64,000 bases of DNA from positions 160,001 to 224,000 of the forward strand of contig CAWJCS010000004.1 in the NCBI GenBank assembly GCA_963841435.1. The letters run 5' to 3'. Made by a program: the position numbers and the translations under genes. The notes below the pieces were generated by a model. That model did not search any database, was not told where the DNA came from, and saw only the letters and a program-made list of their open reading frames with translations. Position 1 is the stretch's first letter. Every line of letters starts with the position of its first letter. Positions 29,912-39,745 of the stretch are shown here, in pieces. Origin of the DNA: an uncultured delta proteobacterium (lineage in GTDB: Bacteria; Myxococcota_A; Polyangia; Polyangiales; Polyangiaceae).

Positions 29912-31345
29912 ATGGCCCCCCCGAACACCCTCGCCGTCTACCGCTCCTTTTCGCTACTCGTCGCCGCCGTCGCGCTGTGCGCGTCGGGGCACGCCTCGGC
30001 GGCCGAGCCCGGGCGTCCGAAAACGCAGCACGACGGGCCCGGTGCAAAGCGGCCCGAGCGCGTGGAGCGGCGCCCGAACGAGACCAGCCCGAAGCGCGCC
30101 GTCCCTGACTACGACGGGCGAGGTGACGAACCGACGACGGCCGGCAACGTCTTGCTCTGGGGCCCGCGCATCGTGCTCGCTCCCCTCTACCTGGTGAGCG
30201 AGTTCTTGATCCGCCGCCCGCTGGGCTGGGCCATCGCCGGAGCGGAGCGCGCCGGGTTACCCGCGGCGCTCTACGACATCTTCGCCTTCGGGCCCAATCA
30301 CGACGCCGGCTTCTTCCCGACCGCCTACGTGGATTTCGGGTTCCGGTCGAGCGTGGGGCTCTACACTTTTTGGGACAATGCGTTCTTCTCAGGTCACGAC
30401 CTCCGCCTTCGTGGCTCGACGGGCGGCAAGGAATGGCTGATTGGCGCGTTCACCGAACGCTTTCACTTCGCTCACCGTCGCCAGAGCACGCTCACGCTTC
30501 AGGCATCGGCACTCCGGCGCCCTGATTTCGTGTTCTTCGGGCTCGGCCCCGATACCCGGAAAAGCGCACGCATGCGCTACGGTGAGGATCGGCTCGAAGC
30601 GGGGGCTCTCTTCGAGCAAGAGCCGTCCTCGGCCACCCTCGTGAGGGCTTCCGTGGCGGGGCGCGGCGTCAACTTTCGCCCCGGTGGCTTTGGTGGCGAC
30701 CCGCGGTTGAGCGACGCCATTTCAGGCGGCATGCCGGCGCCCGATGGCTACGAGGACGGGTACTCGCTGGTGGAGAGCAACGTCGTGCTCTGGTTCGATC
30801 AACGCCGGTCGAAACCGCAGCCGCCGGCGGGAGTCTTCGTCGGGGCAGCGGCAGGTCACGCCGCGGAGCTACGCGGCCGGACGAGCTTCGCCACCGTGCG
30901 CGCCCGCGCCGGCGGGTTCGTCAACGTGAATGGGCGGGGGCGCGTGGTGTCGCTCTCCGTCGCGACGGGTTTCGCCGACCCCATCGGCCACGGTGCGATC
31001 CCGTTCACGGAGCTCATCACGCTCGGCGGGGAGCAGCCCATGCGTGCGTTTCTCGCTGGACGCCTGCTGGACCGCAGCGCCCTGGCCATGGAGCTATCGT
31101 ACCGCTGGCCCGTCTGGATATGGCTCGAGGGCACCGCCCGCGCCGAGGTCGGCAACGTGTTCGGCGAGCACCTCGCGGGGCTCTCGGCCGGCAAGCTGCG
31201 CTTTTCGGGCACGCTCGGCGTCGAAAGTACCGGCTCACCCGACGGCCGGCTCGAGATCCTGATCGGCGCCGGCTCGGAGACGTTCGAGTCGGGCGGCAAG
31301 ATCGACACGATGCGCTTCGTGATCGGGAGCACCCATGGCCTCTGA
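29912..31345 (+). CDS. Omp85/BamA-TamA family outer-membrane barrel protein
   Basis: Signal peptide; TLGGEQPMRAFLAGRLLDRS (VRGY/F-like lid motif), ELSYRWPV, EVGNVFG. Confidence 0.75.
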   Translation: MAPPNTLAVYRSFSLLVAAVALCASGHASAAEPGRPKTQHDGPGAKRPERVERRPNETSPKRAVPDYDGRGDEPTTAGNVLLWGPRIVLAPLYLVSEFLIRRPLGWAIAGAERAGLPAALYDIFAFGPNHDAGFFPTAYVDFGFRSSVGLYTFWDNAFFSGHDLRLRGSTGGKEWLIGAFTERFHFAHRRQSTLTLQASALRRPDFVFFGLGPDTRKSARMRYGEDRLEAGALFEQEPSSATLVRASVAGRGVNFRPGGFGGDPRLSDAISGGMPAPDGYEDGYSLVESNVVLWFDQRRSKPQPPAGVFVGAAAGHAAELRGRTSFATVRARAGGFVNVNGRGRVVSLSVATGFADPIGHGAIPFTELITLGGEQPMRAFLAGRLLDRSALAMELSYRWPVWIWLEGTARAEVGNVFGEHLAGLSAGKLRFSGTLGVESTGSPDGRLEILIGAGSETFESGGKIDTMRFVIGSTHGL

Positions 31346-33119
31346 TACGACGCACGTCCTAGCGCCGTTGCTTTCGATCCTCGCGGTCGGCTGCGCTGCC
31401 GCACCGCGCTTCCCGCTACGGGCGCCGCTCGCAAGCGACACCGATCGTCGCCCCGTCAGCGTGGCGTGCGAGGCTCGCCCGACCGAGAAGGACCCAAAGC
31501 ACGTCGCTTGCGCCCCGGAGCCTTACGTTTCCCCGCTCGTCTGGGATGCCGTCAACAATTCGATCTTTCGCCCGTTGGCACGCGTTTTCGCCGTCGATCC
31601 GGCGGGGCGCGCGACGAACGTCAATGCCTTCGACGAGGTGCCGGACAGCGCCTGGTTCGAAAACCGCATCGGCCGACGCAAGCTCACGCACGACGAGCTC
31701 TCGCGCGGCGCCTGCACGCCCGACGAGATGCTGGATCCGCGCGCAGCGGCGCCCGGGAGCTGGCTCATCGATCAAGGCAAGCCCAACGGCGCTTCGCCCG
31801 GCTTTCGCATCAAGGTCGAAGGGCACAAAAAGTACATGCTCAAAACCGACATCGCGATCCAACCGGAACGGCCCACGGCGGCGAGCGCGATCGGCGCGGC
31901 CATCTACTACGCGGTCGGTTTCAACACGTCGTGCGAGCAAATCGTCTACTTCGATCCGAAGGTGTTGACTCTGGCGCCCGGCCTTTCGGTGACCGACAAC
32001 GCCGGCATCACCCGTCCGTTCGATCGGAGGGCTCTCGTGAGGGTGCTCGGCGAGGCCACGCGGGGTCGGGGCGCGGAGGTGCGCATGCAGGCGAGCGCCT
32101 GGCTGCCCGGCTACCTGCTCGGCCCCTTTCGCTACGAAGGCACGCGCGCCGATGATCCCAACGACGTGATCCCCCACGAAGATCGGCGCGACCTCCGGGG
32201 CGCACGGCTGCTCGCGGCCTGGATCAATCATTTCGACGCGCGTGAGCAAAACACGATGGATTCGTGGATCGCCATCGATCCGCGCGAGAAGGACTCGTCG
32301 CCCGGCTTCGTGCGCCACTACTACCTCGACACGAGCGACTCGTTCGGTAGCGAATGGGACGACGACGCCATCTCGCGTCGGCTCGGCAATTCGTACGTGC
32401 TCGACTTCGGCGACATCGGCACCGATTTCGTGACCTTCGGTGCGCGAGACGCACCGTGGGATCGCGCGCATCGCACGCCGGGCTTGGCTGATTTCGGCTA
32501 CTTCAACGCCGACGACTTCGACCCCGAGGGGTGGAAGAACGAATACCCGAACCCTGCCTTCAGTCGTGCCACCGAGCACGACAACGCCTGGATGGCGCGC
32601 ATCCTCGCCCACTTCGAGCATGACGACATCCGCACGCTGGTTTCGCTCGGACGCTTCTCGTCACCGGAGAAGAGCGACTTTCTCAGCCAGGTGCTCGAGC
32701 GGCGCCTCGAGCTCATCCTCGAGCGATACTTGCTGGTGCTCTCCCCGCTCGCCGACGCCAACATGGAGAGCGACAACGTGCTCGCCTTGACCGACTGGGC
32801 TCGCCGTCGAACCGTGCGTCCGGAGCGAGCCTTCAGCTACCGCGCCGTGATCCAGCGGGCGAGCGGCGCCTCCGCGCTTTCCGTGCAGGCCGACGGGGGG
32901 GGCATGGTGCGCCTGATTCTACCCCACGGCGTTTTTTCCCCGAACGTCCCCGCCAACGACGCCACTCGCTACGTCGTCCTGACCATCGACGACGGCGTGG
33001 CGCGTTACCCGTTGCAGGTGCACCTGTACGACCTCGGCGCCGGGCGAGGCTTCGTGCTCGTTGGCATCGAGCGCCCCACCGAACGGTTCGACGAGCTCGT
33101 CCGAGCCTCCTCTGGCTGA
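31335..33119 (+). CDS. Lipoprotein with atypical protein-kinase-like (HipA/PI4K/CotH-like) motifs
   Basis: Lipobox LAVGC; GASPGF..KYMLK, ERPTAA, WINHFDAREQN, YLDTSDSFG. Confidence 0.65.
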   Translation: MASDTTHVLAPLLSILAVGCAAAPRFPLRAPLASDTDRRPVSVACEARPTEKDPKHVACAPEPYVSPLVWDAVNNSIFRPLARVFAVDPAGRATNVNAFDEVPDSAWFENRIGRRKLTHDELSRGACTPDEMLDPRAAAPGSWLIDQGKPNGASPGFRIKVEGHKKYMLKTDIAIQPERPTAASAIGAAIYYAVGFNTSCEQIVYFDPKVLTLAPGLSVTDNAGITRPFDRRALVRVLGEATRGRGAEVRMQASAWLPGYLLGPFRYEGTRADDPNDVIPHEDRRDLRGARLLAAWINHFDAREQNTMDSWIAIDPREKDSSPGFVRHYYLDTSDSFGSEWDDDAISRRLGNSYVLDFGDIGTDFVTFGARDAPWDRAHRTPGLADFGYFNADDFDPEGWKNEYPNPAFSRATEHDNAWMARILAHFEHDDIRTLVSLGRFSSPEKSDFLSQVLERRLELILERYLLVLSPLADANMESDNVLALTDWARRRTVRPERAFSYRAVIQRASGASALSVQADGGGMVRLILPHGVFSPNVPANDATRYVVLTIDDGVARYPLQVHLYDLGAGRGFVLVGIERPTERFDELVRASSG

Positions 33120-33180
33120 GCCCGGGCCTGGCATCGCGAGCCACTAGCGCCCGCCAAGGGAAGTTAGTACGTCGCCTTTC

Positions 33181-33351
33181 ATGAAGCTTGCGCGTCGTAT
33201 CGGTCTTGGCTTTCTCGCGAGCCCGATTTCTCCGATGCCGTGGAACAGCTTCGCCAAGCTCGACGAGGACGATCTCCGGGCCATCTATCGCTACCTCCGC
33301 AGCTTGCCGAAGGTCTCGAACGACATGGGGCCGTCGCTCGTGGAGCACTAG
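33181..33351 (+). pseudogene. Internally deleted cytochrome c gene
   Basis: MKLARRIGLGFLA (start of a signal/anchor) joined directly to SPMPWNSFAKLDEDDLRAIYRYLRSLPKV (cytochrome c C-terminal motif); no CxxCH. Confidence 0.6.
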
Positions 33352-33358
33352 CGTTTCC

Positions 33359-33995
33359 GTGGCAGAAACGGAATCGAGCGTCCGCGGGCCCGTTCGGCGT
33401 TTCGTCGTGGTCGGGCAGACGGCGAAGGCGTCCGGCGATTTTTCGACGGAGGATTTGCCGAGCTCGGGAGGGCGTATCAACGTCCTCATCCGGTGTCTGC
33501 GCGCGGCGCTGTTGGTCTCCCACGGCGTTCGGCGCGACGTCATCGCGTATCTCGTGCTTCGTGGCGGGGAGCGCGCCCCACGCGTCTTGCGCCTCGCCGG
33601 CAAGGACGCTCAATTCTTGCGCCCCGACGAGCGCAGCCTGGCGCTGCTCGTGAAGAAGGCGCTCGGCAGGGAAATCCCGAGCAGCGGGTCCGCGTTCGTC
33701 GAGTTGAAGCCGGGACTTTCGATCGCCGACGGGGACATCGAGTGCGTGCTCGCCGAGGCACCGGACGCCACGCCCTACTGCCTTGGCGAGGAGGGGAGCG
33801 AGCTGCGCGACGAACCGCTCGATGGTGCGGACTTGCTCTTCGTTCTCGGCGATCATCTCGGCCTGGACGCACGAACTCGGGCTCGGCTCGATGCGCTCGG
33901 GTGCCGCGTCGCCCGCGTGGGGCCCGTCAGTCTGCACAGCGACAACGTCGTGACCCTCGTCAACAACGAGAATCGACCGCCGAACAGCGCGTTGA
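33359..33995 (+). CDS. trmY: TrmY-like SPOUT methyltransferase (tRNA pseudouridine-54 N1-methyltransferase family); likely extra base near 33971
   Basis: RRFVVVG..A...DF...DLP..GGR.NVL.RC..AAL.VSHG.RRD, LRPDERS, FVLGDH.G, S/VGP..LH; corrected end NNEIDRRTAR*. Confidence 0.8.
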
Positions 33996-34019
33996 CGCGC
34001 CGGTCGGCGCTCGGGCGCT

Positions 34020-35572
34020 CGGTCACGGTACGATGTGCCGCGGGCTCGGTCGGGTGGGTCGAGCGTCGGGTTGACGCTTGAGCGGCAACGTCGCCGGCGG
34101 CGCGCCGTGCCGCCGGCAAGCACGAAAAGGCCGGCTCCGAACGCGAAGAGGGCCGGCGCCGAAGAGCGTGCCTGCGTGAGCGAGCAGCCGCGGCTCTTCG
34201 CGGGAAGCACCACGATCGGAGGCTCGTCGGCGGGCGCGCCGCCGTTCCTGGAGGGCTCCCCGACGGCGGCGGCCGTGCCCCCCGTGGTGTCGCCGGCCGT
34301 GCCGCCCCCAACCGGCCCCTTTCCCGAGTCGCCTTGCGCAGGGTTGCCTCCCGCACCGTCGCCTCCGTTCTCACTTGAGCCGGATGCTGCACCGCCGCCG
34401 TTCGTGCCACCGCTGCCGCCGGTCGCGCCGCTCAGCTCGAGGGGCGCGCAGTGGATGCCGAGACACTGCTCGCCCGGGGGGCAGAGCTCGCCGTCGTCAA
34501 CCTCCCCGTTACAGTCGTCGTCGAGGCCGTTGCACGTCTCCGCGAGCGGCGTGCCGGGGACGCAGTCGTCGGGATTGCAGGTCGGGCTTTCCCGCGCGCA
34601 GCGGCCTTCGCCGCAGCGCGGGCGCACGGAGTCCTCGTCAACCAGGCCGTCGCAGTCGTCGTCGAAGAGATTGCAGACCTCCTCCGCGCCTGGATTCCGC
34701 GTTGGGTCGGTCGGTGCGCAATCGCCGGGCTCGTCCGCGTAGCCCGCGAGCGGCAGGCAGCCGACGATGGGTGTGCCCGGAATCGTGTCGTAGTAGCCGT
34801 CGCCGTCCGGATCCGGGTACAGCGTCTCCGGCATCGCGTCTTCGTCAACCTCGCCGTCGCAGTCGTCGTCCTTGCCGTTGCAGCGCTCGGGCGCGCCGGG
34901 GTACACGCTCTTGTAAAGGTCGTCGCAGTCGTCGTCGAGCTCCGAGTAACCAGGGGGCGGCGGTTGATCGGCGCAGGCGACGAGGGTGCCAAAGTCCATC
35001 GTGCTCACGTCTGTCGCGCCCTGGTCCCGCGTGCCGTGGCCGTCGCCGTCGATGTCGAAATAGAAGAGCTTCGGCTCGCAGCCCCAGGTGAAGTTGACGT
35101 AGCCGCTGCCCGGAGCGTCGCCCGTGTTCCGGTCGTTGTTGTTTCCGGCAACGAAGAAGGCGCCGAGCACCACGGCGCCCGGATCGGTCGGCGCGGTCCA
35201 GGTGAAGTTGAAAGTGACCGTGTCGCCCACGGCGGCTTTCGGCGACGATTGGGTGAGCGCGCCGCCGGCGAGCGTGAGTCCCTGCCCGGCGCTCGTCCCG
35301 AGCGTCCCGAGGTCCGGCTTGGGAACGTAGATGCCGCCGACCTGGATGCCGGGCCACGTGATCGTCGCGGCGAACTTCACGACGTCGCCCGGCTCGACAG
35401 GATCGCGGTCCGGCGTGAGCGTGATCGTCGACCCGCCGTTCTGCGCGTGGCACCCCGTGCAGCCTGGAGCCTGGATGCCGTTCCGGCGCGCGGCCGCGGG
35501 CCCTGCGAGCAGGCACGCAAGCGTGAAGGACAGGAGCGCCGCGAGGCGTGAGGCTCCCGGATTGGGATTCAT
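34020..35572 (-). CDS. MYXO-CTERM surface protein: CxxCH + Reeler-like domain + MopE-like acidic Cys repeats
   Basis: Signal peptide; GCTGCH; FNFTWTAP; three CNGxDDDCDGxVDE-type repeats; Gly linker; RGCSL..TM..RRRRR. 3' end is approximate because the ORF reads through into antisense trmY. Confidence 0.8.
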
Positions 35573-35780
35573 GGTCAAGCGCGTAATGCCCGCCGAGCCC
35601 GATCTGGTATCGCAACCCGGAGCGTCGCGCTCTTTCAATGCGAGAGAAGGGTGCGCTGCGTGCCGAATCGCGCAGTGCCATCGAAAAAGTACGGCGCAGC
35701 GCGCCGATTGCGCTCGATCCTCACGTGACGCGACGGCACCGCGACCGCTCGAGGCCCAACCGCATGGCGCGGGCGCGGCA

Positions 35781-36716
35781 CTAACGGGTCAGTGACGCGC
35801 CAAGTGTCGTCAGGACTACCCCGAGGTGGCACGCGATGCCGACCTCGCCCACGAGCGGGTCGGTGCCGCCGGCGCAATGCAATCCCACACCGCGCGTGGT
35901 GCCTTCGACGTAGTAGAGCGAGCCGGAGTCTCCCGGGGCGCAGAGGTCGGGCCTTTGGGGATTGTCGTGGTGTGGCACGACGCGAAAGCCGGTCACCCCA
36001 CTCGGTAGGTCCGGATAAAAGTACGTTCCGAGCCCTTCGACGCGACCGCGCGTGGTCAGCGTGGTCCGCCCCGTTTTCACGACGCGCATTCCCCGCGCGG
36101 CGTCGGCCGCCTCGTCGATGATGATTCCGCTGCTGAACATGGCGAGCGTCGAGGCGCGTCGGCCTTCGAGCTTCGCGAGCGCAGCGTCGCCCCAGAAGCC
36201 CGGCAGCGGAGCCCGGAAAAGCGTTGCCACCCTATCGCCGCTCACCGTACCTCCGTCGAAGCGAGCGGGTTGAAGGATCGGGTCTCCTTCCTGGGCGCTC
36301 GGGCCGGCGAGGACGTGAAAGGAGCTCAGGATGCAGCGCGCTCCGCTTTCCTCGTCGAACACGACGAGCCCGAGCGTCCCGGCCTTGGCCTTCGGGTTGC
36401 CGACGCTGATGCCGGGTCGTACGGGGTCGAAGCGGCCGGAGGGAAACAGCGGCGTGCCGTGGCGCGCGTAGCGCACGGCGATGACGTCGGTCGGGACACC
36501 GAGAAAGTCCGCCGGGATGCGCTCCGAGCGAGTGAGCTCCCGCTCGCGGAGCTTGTCTTTTACGTGAACCCTAATCGCGAGCCGTCGGGTTCGCTTTCTT
36601 CCAACGTACTTCGGCCCGATGTCCACGCCGGTCACGTCCGGACGCGCGGCGAGCACCGCTAGCGCGTGCGCGTACGCCTGCTCGAGCGTCGCCCGCCGCT
36701 TCTTCGGTTTCGTCAT
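35781..36716 (-). CDS. Trypsin-like (S1, Nal1-like) serine protease
   Basis: AGTLG, ILSSFHVL (His), GDAALA (Asp), KTGRTT, PGDSGS (Ser), VGLH. Confidence 0.85.
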   Translation of the reverse strand: MTKPKKRRATLEQAYAHALAVLAARPDVTGVDIGPKYVGRKRTRRLAIRVHVKDKLRERELTRSERIPADFLGVPTDVIAVRYARHGTPLFPSGRFDPVRPGISVGNPKAKAGTLGLVVFDEESGARCILSSFHVLAGPSAQEGDPILQPARFDGGTVSGDRVATLFRAPLPGFWGDAALAKLEGRRASTLAMFSSGIIIDEAADAARGMRVVKTGRTTLTTRGRVEGLGTYFYPDLPSGVTGFRVVPHHDNPQRPDLCAPGDSGSLYYVEGTTRGVGLHCAGGTDPLVGEVGIACHLGVVLTTLGASLTR

Positions 36717-38413
36717 TGGTGAGCGAGCTCCATGACGGGAACGTCAACGGCCAAGAAGCCGCCGAAGTGCCAGGCCGAGCGTGGCCCAGCCAACGTCCGT
36801 CGCAGGGCCGGGACGTAGTCGACGCCCGCGCCGAGCACGAAGGGCGCCTTGAACGGCGCGAAGACGAGATAGCCACCGGGGCCGAAAAGCTGCGCCCAAG
36901 TGATGTCGGGAGTGACCTCGACCTCGGTCAGGCTCGCGTCGTCCTTTTCCGCGAATCGGACACTGGCGACGCTGCCGACATCGATGACCTTGCCGAACAC
37001 CCCGAGGCGGGCGACACCGAGGGAAACCGACCACTCGAGCCCGAGTGCCAGCACGGGCGCCGCCGCGAGACTCGACGGCGCGTTGCCCTGGACGACCTCG
37101 TAGGCGAGGGAGCCGCCGGCGTAACCCTGCAGCGTGAACGTCCACGTGTCCTGGAACTTGCGCCGCCAGCTGCCAATCGGCTCCGCCAGACGGTTCAACG
37201 CCGCCTGGACGTCGCCGCTCGACTTCGCATCGGCGATGTCTGCGCCGATGCTCAGGAGCAAGCGGACTTTCTCGTCCTTTCGGCAATCTTGCTCCGGATC
37301 CTTGCAAAGCAAAAGCGGGCCGAGCTCGTCCGCCGACGTTGCGGCGGACACGACTCCCACCCAGTCGTGGTTCCAGGTTGCCGTGGCGACCTCGGCGAGC
37401 TCGTCGAGCAGGGTCTCGTGCTTGCCGCGCTCAACGTCTCCGGTTTGCTCGAGCATGACCTTCGCCAATTCCACGGCATCGCTTGCGACGGTGCTCCTCG
37501 CTTCCTTGACCTGGGACGCGGTTTTCGCCGTGTAAAGCTGCTGAATTGCCAGGTAGAGCTCGGTGGCGGCGCCGTTCAACGGAGCCGCGGACGTGTCGAT
37601 GGCTTTTTCGAGCTTGGTCCACGTGCGAGCACACTCTTGGACCGACGAGAGTGCGGAGTATTGCTTCAAGAGAGCGAGTCCGGCCGAGGCGGGGCTCGTG
37701 ACGATCTCTTCGACCTTGATCCGCGCCCGCAGCGCTTGCGTGATCGCGACGCCGAGGTCCACGGCGCAGAGCGCGCGCGTGGTTGACGCGAGACGCCTTC
37801 GCGCTGCCGGAGCTTGCTCGCCAGCGTGATCCTTTACCCGATCGTAGACCGACCTTAGTAGATGCCCGGGCACTTCTCGGAGATCGCGCTCTACCGTGCG
37901 CTTGAGAAGGCCGAGCCCCACCGGGTTTGCTCCCTCGTCCTGACCTTCGAGAAGGTCGCACGTTTTCGGCATGATCTTGGCGCCCTCCGCGCTGCATAGC
38001 CGCGCAAACAGCTCGACCGTGGCAAACGCGGAGACCTCCTGCTCGGCGCGCTCGGTGAGAAAATCGCCGACACCCTGCGCGACCATCGTTGCGCTCAGCC
38101 CCTGCTCTTCGACCCCACAGTCGCACGACGGTGCGGGCGCTGGAGCGACGGGCGCGGATGCCGGTGAAAGCCCGGGCGCGGCGGTTCCTCCGGCCGCCGC
38201 GGCGCTCTCTCCGGCGACGGGCGGCGCCTCGGACGGCGTCGGTGTCGGTGCAGTCGGCGGCGCCGCAGCTGCGAGCTCGCCGGACGCGCCGGACGTGCCC
38301 GGCTCGGTTGGCGCGCTCGGCCCCTGGCCGGCTGCTTTCGCCTTCTGTCCCCACGCCGTGGCAGGCGAAACAAGCACGAGCGCACCCATCATGAGGATGA
38401 TCCGAAGTTTCAC
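36713..38413 (-). CDS. Hypothetical secreted protein: Pro/Ala linker, helical core, beta-rich C-terminus
   Basis: Signal peptide (VKLRIILMMGALVLVSPATAWG); ATGA-coupled to the protease gene. Confidence 0.7.
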   Translation of the reverse strand: MKLRIILMMGALVLVSPATAWGQKAKAAGQGPSAPTEPGTSGASGELAAAAPPTAPTPTPSEAPPVAGESAAAAGGTAAPGLSPASAPVAPAPAPSCDCGVEEQGLSATMVAQGVGDFLTERAEQEVSAFATVELFARLCSAEGAKIMPKTCDLLEGQDEGANPVGLGLLKRTVERDLREVPGHLLRSVYDRVKDHAGEQAPAARRRLASTTRALCAVDLGVAITQALRARIKVEEIVTSPASAGLALLKQYSALSSVQECARTWTKLEKAIDTSAAPLNGAATELYLAIQQLYTAKTASQVKEARSTVASDAVELAKVMLEQTGDVERGKHETLLDELAEVATATWNHDWVGVVSAATSADELGPLLLCKDPEQDCRKDEKVRLLLSIGADIADAKSSGDVQAALNRLAEPIGSWRRKFQDTWTFTLQGYAGGSLAYEVVQGNAPSSLAAAPVLALGLEWSVSLGVARLGVFGKVIDVGSVASVRFAEKDDASLTEVEVTPDITWAQLFGPGGYLVFAPFKAPFVLGAGVDYVPALRRTLAGPRSAWHFGGFLAVDVPVMELAHQ

Positions 38414-38583
38414 GGTTGGTTTCCCCTTGTCCCCGAAGATTCGCGGTGTGTGAAGACGCGCGACCGTCACTTGGGCGGCCGCGGGAGAAAATAGGGAATT
38501 TGTGCGAGGTCGGAATGCTGGCGCGCCCGCGCTCGCCGAGCCCCGCCAAGGCCCCGCGACGCAGGTGCGTCCGCGCGGCGGGC

Positions 38584-39594
38584 CTACCGGCGGCCGTCTC
38601 GCGACGGCAGGAGCAGGCGGGTGACACGCCGGGGAAGGTCGGCCAGCGCGGGGGCGTCGTGGAGCAGCGGACCGAGCGGGGCGGCGGACAGGGTGTGCCA
38701 GTAGAGAATGGAGCGGGGCGACGGCGGGCTCTCGTTTCTCACGAGGTCGAGCACGCACGCGAAGGTCTTCGCCGTGTAGGTCGAGTCGAGCTCGAGCCCG
38801 AGCTCGTCTCGTGCCAGCGCGAGCGCGCGCTCGGAGGCAGGCGCCGAGCGGCCGTAGCCGGGGCCGACGAAGCGCCAATCCCAGACGAGATGCTCCGCGA
38901 GGGCGCGTGCCGGCGCCGAAGCGTCGAGTCTTCGCAGCGTGCGCCGCGCGAGCCCGAGGAGCATGAAGCGAGTGAGAGGGTTCTCGAGTACGGGCACGCC
39001 GACGACGCGACTCTTCAGACCGTGGTGGACGACACCCGCGAGGATGCCGGCGCACGTCCCCCCGCTCCCCACGGGGACGACGATGAGATCCGGCTCCGGC
39101 AGCGTGCCGCGCCGTACGTCTTCGACGAGCTCGGCGACGGCGTCGGCGCAGGCGAGGGCGCCAACGACATTCGATGCGCCGGGCGGCACGATGACATCAC
39201 CGAAGTTGTGGGCTCGGAGCGCGGCGAGGAGTGCGCCGAAGGGTCCGTGCGCGGGGAACACTTCGACGCCCGCGGCGATCGAGGCGCGCAGGGTGTCCTC
39301 GACGTGTGGCGTCGCGACCTGCGGCATCAGCACGGCCGCGACACGGATGCCCGCCTCGCGCGCGAACAGGCCCATCGTGAGCACGTGGTGACTGCCGGCC
39401 GTGCCGAACGTGAGGATGCGCTGCTTCTGACGGTTCGCCGCGAGCTTCACGATGCGCTCGGCCTTGCGCACCTTGTTGCCGCCGTACACGGGGTGCGTGA
39501 GCCCGTCGTTCTTCACGAAGACCCGCACCGAGCCCGCCTCGAGCGATGAACAGCGCACGATTGGCGTGGGATAGGTGGGTGGCGAAAATGGCAT
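38584..39594 (-). CDS. D-cysteine desulfhydrase/ACC deaminase family PLP enzyme
   Basis: YGGNKVRK, TFGTAGSHH, VPVGSGGTCAG, LDSTYTAK. Confidence 0.9.
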   Translation of the reverse strand: MPFSPPTYPTPIVRCSSLEAGSVRVFVKNDGLTHPVYGGNKVRKAERIVKLAANRQKQRILTFGTAGSHHVLTMGLFAREAGIRVAAVLMPQVATPHVEDTLRASIAAGVEVFPAHGPFGALLAALRAHNFGDVIVPPGASNVVGALACADAVAELVEDVRRGTLPEPDLIVVPVGSGGTCAGILAGVVHHGLKSRVVGVPVLENPLTRFMLLGLARRTLRRLDASAPARALAEHLVWDWRFVGPGYGRSAPASERALALARDELGLELDSTYTAKTFACVLDLVRNESPPSPRSILYWHTLSAAPLGPLLHDAPALADLPRRVTRLLLPSRDGRR

Positions 39595-39745
39595 GATGCA
39601 CAGTCAATCCATCCGGGCGTGCCGGCAGCGAGGCGGCTCGGCCCGGGAGCGCTCGTTCTACTCCCATCCGCCTGCCCAGGTGCCGTAGGTCCCCTAAATC
39701 CCAAACCCCGAAACCGATCGGCCTCGTCGGGGCGTATTCATTGCC

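Noticed and set aside
33179-34020. C-terminal ~280 aa of the 819-aa minus-strand ORF
   Set aside because: It lies beyond the MYXO-CTERM anchor and is antisense to trmY; read-through artefact.
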